From an uncultured Pelagibacteraceae bacterium (lineage in GTDB: Bacteria > Pseudomonadota > Alphaproteobacteria > Pelagibacterales > AG-422-B15), in assembly GCA_902611715.1 (NCBI GenBank), contig CACMAQ010000001.1, positions 26,720-90,719 of the forward strand: 64,000 nucleotides of DNA, in the 5' to 3' direction. The notes beneath the pieces were generated by a model. That model was given only the letters and a program-made list of their open reading frames with translations. It made no database searches and was not told the origin of the DNA. The translations under genes and the position numbers were made by a program. This document shows, one piece after another, positions 1 to 10,396 of this stretch (its first letter is position 1; every line of letters begins with the position of its first letter).

Positions 1-524
1 ATATTCAAAGAATTAATGGTCTACCTGAACAGATGGTTACACCTCTTGATGATGAAATCATAAAGCGAATTATTGCTGAAAATGAAGTAATAAAAGAAGC
101 GAAGAAATTAGATATGGATTTGACTTATTTTAAGGAAGAATTTATTCAACCAACTAATGGAATTATCAGTGGAGTTTTTGGCAGCCAAAGAATTCTTAAT
201 GGTAAAGCAAAAAGCCCTCATAGAGGTATTGATATTGCTGCTGATGAAGGATCACCTGTATTGTCTTGTAATGAAGGAATAGTCATTCATGCTGAAAGTG
301 ATTTATATTATACCGGAGGCACAATAATCATTGATCATGGTCATGGAGTAAAATCTATCTATGCCCACTTGTCTTCTGTAAATGTTGCAGTGAATCAAAA
401 AGTTAGCAAAAAAGATATAATAGGCAAAGTAGGATCAACAGGTAGGTCAACTGGACCACATCTACATTGGGGCGTGATGGTTTTTAATACTTATGTTGAT
501 CCACTATTGTTATTGGAAAATTAA
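1..524 (+). CDS. M23/LytM family metallopeptidase (5'-partial, continues upstream of window)
   Basis: The frame is open from the window edge, with no stop upstream of M33. HRGIDIAA and HLHWGV match the M23 HxxxD and HxH zinc motifs. Confidence 0.8.
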   Translation, partial: IQRINGLPEQMVTPLDDEIIKRIIAENEVIKEAKKLDMDLTYFKEEFIQPTNGIISGVFGSQRILNGKAKSPHRGIDIAADEGSPVLSCNEGIVIHAESDLYYTGGTIIIDHGHGVKSIYAHLSSVNVAVNQKVSKKDIIGKVGSTGRSTGPHLHWGVMVFNTYVDPLLLLEN

Positions 525-530
525 ATAAAA

Positions 531-1409
531 TCAGTCCAGTTTCCACCTATTATGAAACCAAAAATATTGTTCCGGGTATTTCTTAATCATACTTTCATAA
601 TAAGCAATAATTATCTCCGATATTTTCTCTACGTTATCTGAAGTATCTTTATAATCGCTGGCATGTATTGATTGATGGATTTCAAATTCAAATTTTCCAT
701 CATTTTTTCTTATAGGCCATCCTAAAAATATTTTACACCCAGATTTTAGGGCAAGTTGTGCGGGTAAAGATGAAAACTTCATTCTCTTTCCAAAGAAATT
801 AAGGTTAATACCTGACGATAACTGAAGATCAGCTAACAGAGCAATTGACTCACCATTTTTAAAATTATTAAGTAATTGTTTTGTACCTATTCTGTTTTTA
901 CTCAAACATCTAAGACTATATTTGTCTCTAAGATTCTTTAAAACAAAATTAATTAGAGGATTGTTAGGCTCTCTAACAATCGCAGATGTTCGATGCATCG
1001 TTTTTCTTATGGACATTCCTGGTATTTCCCAATTTGAATTATGGGCAGATATGATGATTGATCTTTCGCTACCCGAGAAGGCTTCTCTGTAAAGATCATT
1101 TTCAATTACATTAATTTTATTTTTTAATATTTTTTTGAGATGTGAATATTCAGCTATTGTATACCCTAAATTTTCCCATACTTTTTTTGCTTTAGTATTA
1201 ATCCATTTTTCATCTTGATCCTTAAAAGCAATTCTTAAATTTTTTTTTACTAATTTATTAATTGAAAATAAAGGGCCTAAGCTTGTTGTTATGCTTACCC
1301 CTAGTTTTCTAGCAATAGAAAGAGGTAGTAATTTAAATAAAAGATAGAGAAAAACAAATAGAATAAATTCGGAAGGATATCGAATATATCTTTTTAGAAA
1401 AATCTTCAT
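531..1409 (-). CDS. lpxL: Lipid A biosynthesis late acyltransferase (LpxL/HtrB family)
   Basis: 292 aa with an N-terminal TM. It has the HNSNWE acyltransferase motif and the C-terminal PEQYFWFHNRWK typical of the HtrB/MsbB family. It is clustered with lpxK and waaA. Confidence 0.7.
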   Translation of the reverse strand: MKIFLKRYIRYPSEFILFVFLYLLFKLLPLSIARKLGVSITTSLGPLFSINKLVKKNLRIAFKDQDEKWINTKAKKVWENLGYTIAEYSHLKKILKNKINVIENDLYREAFSGSERSIIISAHNSNWEIPGMSIRKTMHRTSAIVREPNNPLINFVLKNLRDKYSLRCLSKNRIGTKQLLNNFKNGESIALLADLQLSSGINLNFFGKRMKFSSLPAQLALKSGCKIFLGWPIRKNDGKFEFEIHQSIHASDYKDTSDNVEKISEIIIAYYESMIKKYPEQYFWFHNRWKLD

Positions 1410-1414
1410 AAGAG

Positions 1415-2392
1415 TTAGTTAACCAGTTTATGCATAAATTTATCCATGTTGCGTAATTTTACCTTCACTTTTAAACATTCAATTCCATCCCTTTTTTCTT
1501 TTGGAATTCTAACAAAATCTTTTTCAGTCGTAATAAGTGAAAGATTATTATCTGACGCTATTTTTGTAAGTTTGTTAAGATCATTTTCTGAAAAAAAATG
1601 ATGATCTGGAAATTCAACTGTTTTAAGTACAGTGCAATTATTATCGATAAGAGTATCAAAGAAGCTTTGATTGTTTCCAATACCGCTAAAAGCTAAGTAT
1701 TTTTTATTTTTGTTGACATATAATGGTCTTATCGAAGCAGTAAGGGTATCAATATTTATATTTTTATACATACTTTTTATTTTTGTTTTATCATCGCCAA
1801 CAATAATTAAAAATTGGGCTTTTTTTAACGCGGGCTTAATTAGTTCTCTTAATGGTCCTGCTGGCAAACACAATCCGTTTCCAAAACCACGTTCCCCGTT
1901 TACCATCAAAATGTTTTTGTCTTTAAATAGAGACTTATCTTGGAAACCATCATCAAGTAAAATAAAATCAGGATTAATATCATCTAAAATTTTTTTCACA
2001 GCTAACCTCCGGTTCGTTGAAATATAAGTAGGTACATGATTTGAATAGAGAATTGCCTCATCACCCACTTGGATCGCTGATTCATCTGGTGATACTTTTT
2101 TAAAAATAGTTTTTTTACCACCATATCCTTTTAACAATACACAAATATTTTTGTTATTAATTTTGAAATGATTAATAATTTCTAAAAGAGTTGAGGTCTT
2201 TCCTGTGCCGCCTAAGTTTATATTACCTATACATATGATTGGAATATCAATTTTGTGTTCAGTTTTGAATATTCTGATTAAATAAAAAATTAATAAATAT
2301 AGTAAAGATATTGGAGTAAGTACGTACGAGACCAATCTATAAAAAATTTGATTGGAATACCATATATTCAATATTATTTTTTCCATGCGCAA
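1415..2392 (-). CDS. lpxK: Tetraacyldisaccharide 4'-kinase
   Basis: 325 aa with an N-terminal TM, the P-loop GNINLGGTGKT and an LDDGFQ motif. It lies directly downstream of waaA with 0 nt spacing. Confidence 0.85.
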   Translation of the reverse strand: MRMEKIILNIWYSNQIFYRLVSYVLTPISLLYLLIFYLIRIFKTEHKIDIPIICIGNINLGGTGKTSTLLEIINHFKINNKNICVLLKGYGGKKTIFKKVSPDESAIQVGDEAILYSNHVPTYISTNRRLAVKKILDDINPDFILLDDGFQDKSLFKDKNILMVNGERGFGNGLCLPAGPLRELIKPALKKAQFLIIVGDDKTKIKSMYKNINIDTLTASIRPLYVNKNKKYLAFSGIGNNQSFFDTLIDNNCTVLKTVEFPDHHFFSENDLNKLTKIASDNNLSLITTEKDFVRIPKEKRDGIECLKVKVKLRNMDKFMHKLVN

Positions 2393-3640
2393 CTATAAAT
2401 ATTGGTAAATAACGTCCAGCACTTTGTATACTGTATCATCACCCTCTTTTTTTAGTCTATTTATATTAATATCCTTATTAATAGACTTTGGGTCAGCTAA
2501 TGCTTCTTTAATGTAATGCTCTAGCTGGCGCTCATTTTCTACTTGTTGAGTAAATTTTAATTGATTAAGAACGTCGTACACATCAATGAAATTCTGGATA
2601 TTTTTACCATGATATATTTTTTTACCTAAATAAGCAGCTTCTATGGGATTTTGTCCACCATGTGGTACTAAACTGCCACCAATAAAAACGATATTTGCTA
2701 AACTATAAAATATGTTCAATTCTCCTATTGTATCAGCAAGATATAAATATGTTCGATCATTGATTTTTTCTTTCTTTGATCTGATAGTTAAGCCAAGTCC
2801 TTTAGATGATGAAAAAAATGATTTTCTAGTTACGTGTCTGGGTACAATAATTGTTAGAAGGTCTTTTACGGTTTTTTTTAAATTAAGAGTAATGTTTTTA
2901 ATTATTTCTTCCTCTCCAGGATGTGTACTGGCTGCAAGAAATATTTTACGTTTCTTTGTAAGGGATCTCAGTTTTTTTAGTTCATCTGAAATAATCTCAT
3001 CAGGTTTATAAGCAAATTTAAGATTTCCTGTATTAATAGTATTTTTAATACCTAACTTCTCATAAAAAAAAGCACTATCACTGTTTTGAGTACAGCATGC
3101 AGTAATATTAGAAAATAGATTTTTTGATGATCCACTAAGCATTGACCATCTCTTAAAACTTTTAATTGTCATTCTTCCATTTACAATTAGAGAACATACA
3201 TTTCTTTTTTTAAGCTCAGTTAGAAAGTTAGGCCAAATTTCAGACTCGACAAATACAGCCAAAGAGGGGTTCCAGTGATTTAGAAACTTATGTATATAAG
3301 ATGGAACATCAAATGGAATAAATTGATGAATAATTTTTTTTGATAACTTATCTTTGAGGATATTTGCAGAAGTAAGTGTCCCGGTAGTAAGAATTATTTG
3401 ATCAATGGATTTATCAGAGTTTAATTTTTTTAGTAAAGGTAATATTGATAAACTTTCACCAATACTAGCGGCATGAAACCATATGACTTTTCCGTCTTTT
3501 CTATCAATATCACTTATTCCATATCTTTCTGTTACCCTTAATCTATCTTCTTTACCCTTATAAATTCTGATAAGAACATAAAAAGCAATAAATGGTCTAA
3601 TGAGTGTCGTAATTAACCTATAACTATAATAAGGTAGCAT
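2393..3640 (-). CDS. waaA: 3-deoxy-D-manno-octulosonic acid (Kdo) transferase
   Basis: 415 aa. WFHAASIGE near the N-terminus and the GGSLVPHGGQNPIEAA C-terminal glycosyltransferase motif are typical of KdtA/WaaA. Confidence 0.85.
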   Translation of the reverse strand: MLPYYSYRLITTLIRPFIAFYVLIRIYKGKEDRLRVTERYGISDIDRKDGKVIWFHAASIGESLSILPLLKKLNSDKSIDQIILTTGTLTSANILKDKLSKKIIHQFIPFDVPSYIHKFLNHWNPSLAVFVESEIWPNFLTELKKRNVCSLIVNGRMTIKSFKRWSMLSGSSKNLFSNITACCTQNSDSAFFYEKLGIKNTINTGNLKFAYKPDEIISDELKKLRSLTKKRKIFLAASTHPGEEEIIKNITLNLKKTVKDLLTIIVPRHVTRKSFFSSSKGLGLTIRSKKEKINDRTYLYLADTIGELNIFYSLANIVFIGGSLVPHGGQNPIEAAYLGKKIYHGKNIQNFIDVYDVLNQLKFTQQVENERQLEHYIKEALADPKSINKDININRLKKEGDDTVYKVLDVIYQYL

Positions 3641-3642
3641 TA

Positions 3643-4320
3643 TTAATTATTTTTGTTTGCTCTTTTAGTTAAATTTTCCATTTTACTTTCTAGTTTATTC
3701 TTAGTCTGATTAATACTTTTTTCATCTTTTATAGCTGGAATTGCTTCACCCCAGATTATAGTGATTTGATTAAATGGTTTTGGTATAATAAATTTATCCC
3801 AGGTATTCAGTACCCATTTTTTTTTAAAACCTATTCCTACAGGAAGTATCGATGAATTACTCAGACGGGAGATGCTCAGGACGCCGTCGCTGACCTTGTG
3901 GCGTGGTCCTTTAGGGCCGTCGGGCGAGATTCCAATTGAAATACCGTTTTTAAGAGATTTTATCATTTGGCGCGCTGATGTAAGCCCGCCTTTATTCTTA
4001 GTTTTACCAAATTTATGGGTAGATCCTCTAATAGACTTAAATCCAAGTTTTGATATTAATCTAGCGATTATATCGCCGTCTCTGTGTTTAGAGATTAATA
4101 CTTTTATTTCAAATTCACTTTGCCATGTAAGAGGGCAAAATAATAGTTGATCATGCCAAAATGCATAAATGAAAGATTCATTTTTTTTAAATAACCTATC
4201 AATATTTTTTCTATTCTTTAAATTAATCGTAGATGTCTTGTAAACAAATAATACGTACATTGATCCTAGCAAGGATATTAATAATTGGATTAATTTAAAT
4301 CCAGCAATGTATTTTACCAT
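3643..4320 (-). CDS. DUF374 lysophospholipid-acyltransferase-like protein
   Basis: 225 aa with an N-terminal TM. SKHRDGDIIA and SPDGPKGPRH motifs match DUF374. The position between msbA and waaA is the conserved alphaproteobacterial arrangement. Confidence 0.7.
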   Translation of the reverse strand: MVKYIAGFKLIQLLISLLGSMYVLFVYKTSTINLKNRKNIDRLFKKNESFIYAFWHDQLLFCPLTWQSEFEIKVLISKHRDGDIIARLISKLGFKSIRGSTHKFGKTKNKGGLTSARQMIKSLKNGISIGISPDGPKGPRHKVSDGVLSISRLSNSSILPVGIGFKKKWVLNTWDKFIIPKPFNQITIIWGEAIPAIKDEKSINQTKNKLESKMENLTKRANKNN

Positions 4321-4326
4321 TAGCTT

Positions 4327-6057
4327 TTAAAATTCACGCTCATATAATTTTTTATAAACGCCATCTTTATTTAATAATTCCTCATGAGTACCAGTTTCTA
4401 CAACCTTACCTGAGTCTAAAACAATTATTTGATCTGAATTTATAATCGTACTAAGTCTATGAGCGATTACGAGAGTAGTTCTATCCTTCATGAGAATACT
4501 TATCGCTTTTTGTACAAGATGCTCAGACTCTGTATCAAGACTTGAAGTAGCCTCATCAAGTAAAAGTATTGGTGCGTCTTTAAGAAAGGCTCTTGCAATT
4601 GAAATCCTCTGTTTTTGCCCACCCGATAAACTATAACCTTTTTCACCTACTACAGTTTTATATTTATCTGGAAGTTCATTAATAAATTCGTCTGCCGCAG
4701 CTGCTTTTGCAGCTTTTATGACTTCATTATCGGAAGAGTCTGGTTTACCGTATAGAATATTATCGTGAATAGACATATCGAATAAAATAGGTTCTTGACT
4801 AACTAATGCGATTGAAGATCTTACCGATGCAATTGATAATTCTTTTATATCTTGATTATCAATTTTAACACTTCCTGTATCAGGGTCATAAAATCTTGGT
4901 ATAAGATTTAGAATTGATGATTTGCCTGATCCGCTTGGGCCAACTAAAGCGGTTGTTTTACCGTGCGGAACCTTTAAGCTAATTTCTTTTAAAGCTGAGT
5001 TTTTTTGCCCTTCATAGGATAAAGTTACATTTTCAAAAGATATATCTGATTTAATGAGAGATAGATCAGATGTGTTGGGCTTTTCATTAATGTAGCTTTT
5101 TTGGTCAAGTAATCCAAACACTCTAATTGCTGCTGCAAATCCCTCTTGTAAAGTTGCATTTATTTGAGCTAAGCGTCTTAGAGGTTGAAAAGCGAGCATC
5201 ATTGCTCCCAAAAATGATACAAATTCGTTTAGAGCCAATTCACCTTGCAGTCCTCTTAAGCCTGCATAGTAGAGTGCACCAGCGATACCGAAACCTGCTA
5301 GAAATTCTGCAAATGGGGATGCAGCACCTCTTGCATTAATACCTTTCAAAATTTTTTGCATTCTTCGGAATACGGATTTACTAAGCTTTTCTATTTCCTG
5401 CGTTTCCTGTTGATAGGCTTTTACAATTCTTGTTCCATCTAGATTTTCAGACAATATAGAAGCAAGGACACCGGTTTCCTCTTGTGTTTCTGTCGAGGCT
5501 TTTTTTATTCTTTTTCCTAAACGTCTAGTGAGTACCCCGACCAACGGAAAAGCAATTATTGAGATTGTTGCTAGCTGCCAATCTTGATAATACATTACAC
5601 CAACCAGACAAATCAATGTGAGTATATCTTTTACTCCATTTGCTAAACTACTACTTACAGAGTCTTGTAACAATGTTACATCGTATAAGAAATTTGATAT
5701 TATCTTGGCTGAATGAATTTTATGCAACCAGGCAAGATCTGCATTTATAATTTTCTTAAAAAGTTTTATTTGTGTATCAGCAATAATATTCTGAGCAACT
5801 CCATTCAATAATATTATTTGTATGTAAGTAGCTACACTCTTAATAAATAGTGTTAATATTATTGCAATTGGAATTAATAAGAGCATAGACTCATCTTTAT
5901 CCAGAAAAATTTTATCAATTGCAGGATCTAAAAGCCAAGCAGTCGCTCCAGTTGCAAGTGCTATGATGACCATAAAAAATAGAGAACTAAACAATCTAAC
6001 TGTATAGGGTTTAATACTGTCCTTAAACAGCCTGATTAGTATTTGCGATCCTGTCAT
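4327..6057 (-). CDS. msbA: Lipid A export ABC transporter, fused permease/ATPase (MsbA-like)
   Basis: 576 aa with a 6-TM domain plus an NBD carrying Walker A GPSGSGKSS, signature LSGGQKQR and Walker B ILLLDEATS. The lipid A gene context supports the call. Confidence 0.8.
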   Translation of the reverse strand: MTGSQILIRLFKDSIKPYTVRLFSSLFFMVIIALATGATAWLLDPAIDKIFLDKDESMLLLIPIAIILTLFIKSVATYIQIILLNGVAQNIIADTQIKLFKKIINADLAWLHKIHSAKIISNFLYDVTLLQDSVSSSLANGVKDILTLICLVGVMYYQDWQLATISIIAFPLVGVLTRRLGKRIKKASTETQEETGVLASILSENLDGTRIVKAYQQETQEIEKLSKSVFRRMQKILKGINARGAASPFAEFLAGFGIAGALYYAGLRGLQGELALNEFVSFLGAMMLAFQPLRRLAQINATLQEGFAAAIRVFGLLDQKSYINEKPNTSDLSLIKSDISFENVTLSYEGQKNSALKEISLKVPHGKTTALVGPSGSGKSSILNLIPRFYDPDTGSVKIDNQDIKELSIASVRSSIALVSQEPILFDMSIHDNILYGKPDSSDNEVIKAAKAAAADEFINELPDKYKTVVGEKGYSLSGGQKQRISIARAFLKDAPILLLDEATSSLDTESEHLVQKAISILMKDRTTLVIAHRLSTIINSDQIIVLDSGKVVETGTHEELLNKDGVYKKLYEREF

Positions 6058-6122
6058 GAAGAGGTATTCATAATACTATTATCAAAAATTTAAATCTAAA
6101 TATTGATAAATGGCTAAAACTC

Positions 6123-7454
6123 TTATTTTCCAGCTAAAGTCATGCTATCGATGAGTACTGTTGGGGCATTGGTACGGTATTTGAATTCTAAATCGTTTGC
6201 TGCTGATAAATTCATAAATATTTCTTTTAGATTTGAAGCAATTGTTACTTCGCTTACTGCATGCGTAATTTCGCCTTTTTCAATAAGCATACCGCTCGCC
6301 CCCATGCTGTAATCGCCAGTGACTAAATTAACTCCCATACCAATTAATTCAGTCGCATAAAAACCATAATTAATAGAGGATAAAATATCATCGTAACTTT
6401 TTAAACCGTTTGTCATGTATAAATTAGAGGTTGACACACCTGGTGGAGAACCAACTGATCTTGATGCGTTTCCAGTAGTTTTTAATCCTAATTTTTTTGC
6501 AGTTGATGTATTTAGGATCCAAGTATTGAGCTTACCGTTTGTAACTAACTCTCTTTTCTTAACTTTAATGCCCTCACCATCAAATGGTTTTGATCCAAGT
6601 CCTCTATTAATCGCTGGATCATCTATAATTGTTACGTCTTTATTAAATATTTGTTTTCCTAAACTTTCTTTAAGAAAACTTGTACCTCTAGCTATTGAAG
6701 TACCTGATATTGAACTTGCTAGATAGCCCAATAAGTCATTACTTATTCGTTTATCAAATACAACAGGCAATTTTGTTGAACTGATTTTTTTGGCATTAAG
6801 CCTTTTGAGAGTTTTTTTTGCAGCAGATAATCCAATTTCCTTTGCACTTGGCAAATCACTTGAGTGTCTTTTAACAGCATATTCGTAATCTCTTTCCATG
6901 TCCTGACCGTGTCCTGCAAGAACTGAACAAGATACCGAACTGCTTGATGATTGATATCCACCTTGAAAACCATTACTTGTAGCAAGATAGAACTCTCCCT
7001 TGGAAGTAGAAGCCCCAGCTCCCTCTGAATTTGTAATACCTTTCACTGATAAAGCTGCATCTTCGCATTCCTTGACAGCATCAATAAGTTTTTCAGTATT
7101 TACCTCATCTTTTTCAAATAAATCTAAATCAATTGCATCGTGCTCAAACATGGAACTGTCTCCAAGTACAGCAGTATCATCAATTGGAGCCAATTTTGCC
7201 ATTTCAACACATTTTGAAACAAGTTTATCAATATTGTCAGTCTCAATATCTGACGATGAAACAAATGCTTGGCGTTGATCAACTAATGCTCTAATGCCTA
7301 TTGTTTTTTCATTAGACTCATCTAAATCTTCTATTTTTTGAAATCTACAGCTTATTGATTTACCATAGGACTTAGCAAGAACAACATCACAATCTGATGC
7401 GCCTGCTTTTAGAGTTAAATCTATAATATTTTGAGCAGTTTCTTCAAAATTCAT
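6123..7454 (-). CDS. pmbA: PmbA/TldE family metalloprotease
   Basis: 443 aa. The overall PmbA/TldD-family pattern is present, including the C-terminal GDYS..G..IE.GE region. Confidence 0.8.
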   Translation of the reverse strand: MNFEETAQNIIDLTLKAGASDCDVVLAKSYGKSISCRFQKIEDLDESNEKTIGIRALVDQRQAFVSSSDIETDNIDKLVSKCVEMAKLAPIDDTAVLGDSSMFEHDAIDLDLFEKDEVNTEKLIDAVKECEDAALSVKGITNSEGAGASTSKGEFYLATSNGFQGGYQSSSSSVSCSVLAGHGQDMERDYEYAVKRHSSDLPSAKEIGLSAAKKTLKRLNAKKISSTKLPVVFDKRISNDLLGYLASSISGTSIARGTSFLKESLGKQIFNKDVTIIDDPAINRGLGSKPFDGEGIKVKKRELVTNGKLNTWILNTSTAKKLGLKTTGNASRSVGSPPGVSTSNLYMTNGLKSYDDILSSINYGFYATELIGMGVNLVTGDYSMGASGMLIEKGEITHAVSEVTIASNLKEIFMNLSAANDLEFKYRTNAPTVLIDSMTLAGK

Positions 7455-7456
7455 TT

Positions 7457-8308
7457 CTATAAAATACCTATAAATAAAGTTAGGGCAACCATCAAACCTA
7501 AGTATTGGTTACTTTTAAAAATACTTAAACAACTGTCTTTATTTTCTATATCTAGTCTTTTTATCTGGTAAGACAAATGGGTGCTAACGAATATCAATAA
7601 AATAAAATAGTAAATATTTTGATCATGCAATAAACCAAATAATATCAAGCATAATACCATCAAGCTATAGAAAATAATGATCCATTGTTTCGTATTATTA
7701 CCAAATAAAATTGCAGTAGATTTTATTCCAATTTTTAAGTCATCCTCACGATCTTGGTGAGCATATATTGTGTCATAGCCTAAAGTCCAAAAAATACCAG
7801 AGAGATATAATATTATAATTTGAGAATTTAATTGATTTTCAATGGCAGCATATCCTATCAAACAGCCAATATTAAAAGTTATGCCTAAAAAAAGTTGAGG
7901 CCAATAAGTTATTCTTTTCATTAAAGGATAAAAAATAAATAACACAAAAGAAATTAAACCAATAATAATGGCAAGAAAATTTAGAGATAATAATATAGCC
8001 AGACCGATCAAATTAAGTATTAAAAAAATTATGAAGGCTTCAAAAGTAGAAATTGCACCACTAGCGAGTGGTCTTTGAGATGTTCTAGATACATGTTTAT
8101 CTAGATCTTTGTCAAAAAAATCATTTATGATACATCCAGCCGATCTCATGACAATCGATCCAATCGCAAAAATAAGAAATAAGTAAATATTACTCCATAA
8201 GTGTTGGTAGGAATTTGAGGCAGCAAGCACGCCCCAAAAACACGGCAACATTAACAGAAAAAAACCAACGGGCTGCTCTAAACGCAATAATTGTGAATAT
8301 TTTTTCAA
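7457..8308 (-). CDS. ubiA: 4-hydroxybenzoate polyprenyltransferase
   Basis: 283 aa polytopic membrane protein. It has NDFFDKDLD (NDxxDxxxD) and a second Asp-rich motif, YAHQDREDD. Confidence 0.85.
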   Translation of the reverse strand: MKKYSQLLRLEQPVGFFLLMLPCFWGVLAASNSYQHLWSNIYLFLIFAIGSIVMRSAGCIINDFFDKDLDKHVSRTSQRPLASGAISTFEAFIIFLILNLIGLAILLSLNFLAIIIGLISFVLFIFYPLMKRITYWPQLFLGITFNIGCLIGYAAIENQLNSQIIILYLSGIFWTLGYDTIYAHQDREDDLKIGIKSTAILFGNNTKQWIIIFYSLMVLCLILFGLLHDQNIYYFILLIFVSTHLSYQIKRLDIENKDSCLSIFKSNQYLGLMVALTLFIGIL

Positions 8309-8349
8309 CTTATCTTTATAAAATAAATAATGTTATAACCAATATATAT

Positions 8350-9069
8350 ATGAAAAAAATTAAAAACAGAATTTTTGTAGATAAAACAATAGATTCGAAC
8401 GGTCAAATTATTCTTGATGCTAACCAGATACACTATTTAAAGAGTGTTTTGAGAACAAAAAAAAGTGACTATGTTTCAGTTTTCAATCGTGAAATACTTT
8501 GTTTAACAAAAGTTATTAATATTACAAAAAATACATGTGAATTAGAAATAATTGATCAAAAAAAAATCGAAAGTGAAGATCATAATATAACTCTATTTTT
8601 TTCTCCTATAAAACGTACACCTCTAGAAATCATGATACAAAAGTGCTCAGAAATTGGAATTTCAATTTTTCAACCAGTAATTATGGAAAGAACTAATATG
8701 AAGAATATGAATTTTGAAAGACTGGGAGTTATTGCTGTTGAAGCGTGTGAGCAGTCTAATCGAAATAAGATACCGGAAATTAATAAACCTATATCATTTA
8801 CCACAATGATTAATGATAACTCTTTAGCAGGTTATTTGTATTGCTCGTTAGATAATAATGAAGAAAAAATAAAGAATAGAAAACTGAACAAAAATGAACC
8901 AATTGGTATAATCATAGGACCTGAAGGAGATTTTTCAGCTAAAGAGTATAAAAGTTTAAAATCAAAGAAAAAATCCATTGGTGTTACACTTGGGCCAAAT
9001 ATTTTAAAATCAGAAACTGCTGCAATTACCGCGACTTCAATTATCATGGACAAAATTTATAATGCTTAG
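8350..9069 (+). CDS. rsmE: 16S rRNA (uracil1498-N3)-methyltransferase
   Basis: RsmE-like with a C-terminal GPEGDFS motif. I place the start at ATG 8350 (MKKIKNRIF) because the track start at 8215 would overlap ubiA. Confidence 0.75.
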   Translation: MKKIKNRIFVDKTIDSNGQIILDANQIHYLKSVLRTKKSDYVSVFNREILCLTKVINITKNTCELEIIDQKKIESEDHNITLFFSPIKRTPLEIMIQKCSEIGISIFQPVIMERTNMKNMNFERLGVIAVEACEQSNRNKIPEINKPISFTTMINDNSLAGYLYCSLDNNEEKIKNRKLNKNEPIGIIIGPEGDFSAKEYKSLKSKKKSIGVTLGPNILKSETAAITATSIIMDKIYNA

Positions 9070-10396
9070 CAAAAGTGATCTAATAAAATATTTTGAAAAC
9101 GGTATTAAGAATATATCTGAAATTAAAATAGGTACCGAACATGAGAAATTTATTTATCACAAAAGTGATCTTAGTTTAGTTCCTTATAGCGGCGATGTAA
9201 GTATTAACTCAATTTTTGACGACTTTATAAAGGATGGTTGGAAACCAATAAAAGAGAACAAAAATATTATTGCACTCAACAAAGATAGGGCAAGTATAAC
9301 ACTTGAACCTGGCGGTCAATTTGAATTATCTGGAGCACCACTTAAAACGATTCACGAAACTTGTAAGGAAATAAATAATCACCTCGCATTTACAAAAAAA
9401 TTAGAAGAAAAATATAATATTGGCTTTTTAGGGCTGGGCTTTTTTCCAATTGGTGAGCTAAAAGACGTGCCAATGGTTCCAAAAAAAAGATATTCAGAGA
9501 TTATGACTCCTTATATGAAATCGCTTTCTGGTTTAGGTCTAGAAATGATGTATCAGTCAGCAACAGTTCAAGCAAATTTTGACTATATTTCAGAAAGTGA
9601 TATGCAAAGAAAAATTAATGTATCAGCATTCATTCAGCCAATAGTGACAGGTTTATTTTCAAACTCCCCATTCAAAAATTCAAAGCTTTCGGGCTATGAA
9701 ACTTATAGAGGTTATGTTTGGACAAAAACTGATACAGAGAGAACTGGTATTCCGAAGTTTTTGACTGAAAAAACTTTGAGTTTTGAGGAATACATTGATT
9801 ATGCTTTACAAGTTCCCGTATACGCAATTATCAGAGATAATAATTATCATAATTGTACTAAATATACATTCCAAGACCTGTTAGATGGAAAAAATAATCA
9901 ATTTGCGCCTGATGATATTTTAATTGAAGATTGGATAAATCATATCTCGACCATCTTTACTGAGGTGAGGTTAAAAACTTTTATCGAAATGAGAGGTGCT
10001 GATGCAGGAAGTTACGACACACTCTGCGCTTTACCAGCTTTTTGGTCGGGCATTTTATATCAAGAAGAAGCACTAGAAGAAACTATCAAATTGATTAGTG
10101 AATTTGAATATGATGATTTAATTAAATTTAGAAGTGATGTCCTATCAAACGGACTTAATTCTTTGTACAAAAATAAAACGGGCTGGCAATTAGCAGAGAA
10201 ACTTATAAACATCTCATTTGAGGGACTCAAAAAACGGAGTAAGAAAAATTTATACGGAGATGATGAAACCGTACACTTAGATTATTTGTTTGAAGTGATC
10301 GACAAAAAAGAAACCGCATCAGAAAAAGCTAAAAAACTGTATTTTCAAAATAATGAATTGAATATCCAGAAACTCTTTGAGGGCGAGTCTTTTTAA
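9062..10396 (+). CDS. gshA: Glutamate--cysteine ligase, plant/alphaproteobacterial type (GCS2)
   Basis: 444 aa. EPGGQFELSGAPL and the downstream blocks match plant-type gamma-glutamylcysteine synthetase. Confidence 0.8.
   Translation: MLSKSDLIKYFENGIKNISEIKIGTEHEKFIYHKSDLSLVPYSGDVSINSIFDDFIKDGWKPIKENKNIIALNKDRASITLEPGGQFELSGAPLKTIHETCKEINNHLAFTKKLEEKYNIGFLGLGFFPIGELKDVPMVPKKRYSEIMTPYMKSLSGLGLEMMYQSATVQANFDYISESDMQRKINVSAFIQPIVTGLFSNSPFKNSKLSGYETYRGYVWTKTDTERTGIPKFLTEKTLSFEEYIDYALQVPVYAIIRDNNYHNCTKYTFQDLLDGKNNQFAPDDILIEDWINHISTIFTEVRLKTFIEMRGADAGSYDTLCALPAFWSGILYQEEALEETIKLISEFEYDDLIKFRSDVLSNGLNSLYKNKTGWQLAEKLINISFEGLKKRSKKNLYGDDETVHLDYLFEVIDKKETASEKAKKLYFQNNELNIQKLFEGESF

Noticed and set aside
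1671-2027. Antisense or alternative-frame ORFs of 60-146 aa inside long genes (for example 1671-2027, 2712-3011, 3872-4150, 5127-5339, 6415-6726, 7000-7278, 17576-17845, 24746-25000, 29345-29572, 35717-36025, 55837-56178, 58978-59319)
   Set aside because: Each lies fully inside a longer ORF with clear homology on the other strand or frame. Their translations are low-complexity. They are shadow ORFs typical of the six-frame track.
8215-8349. Long N-terminal extensions in the ORF track (rsmE from 8215; HAD phosphatase up to 25884; hydrolase up to 12456; glmU from 25784)
   Set aside because: The extensions overlap neighbouring genes and lack homology. Internal Met codons (8350, 25740, 12381, 25817) give family-typical N-termini.
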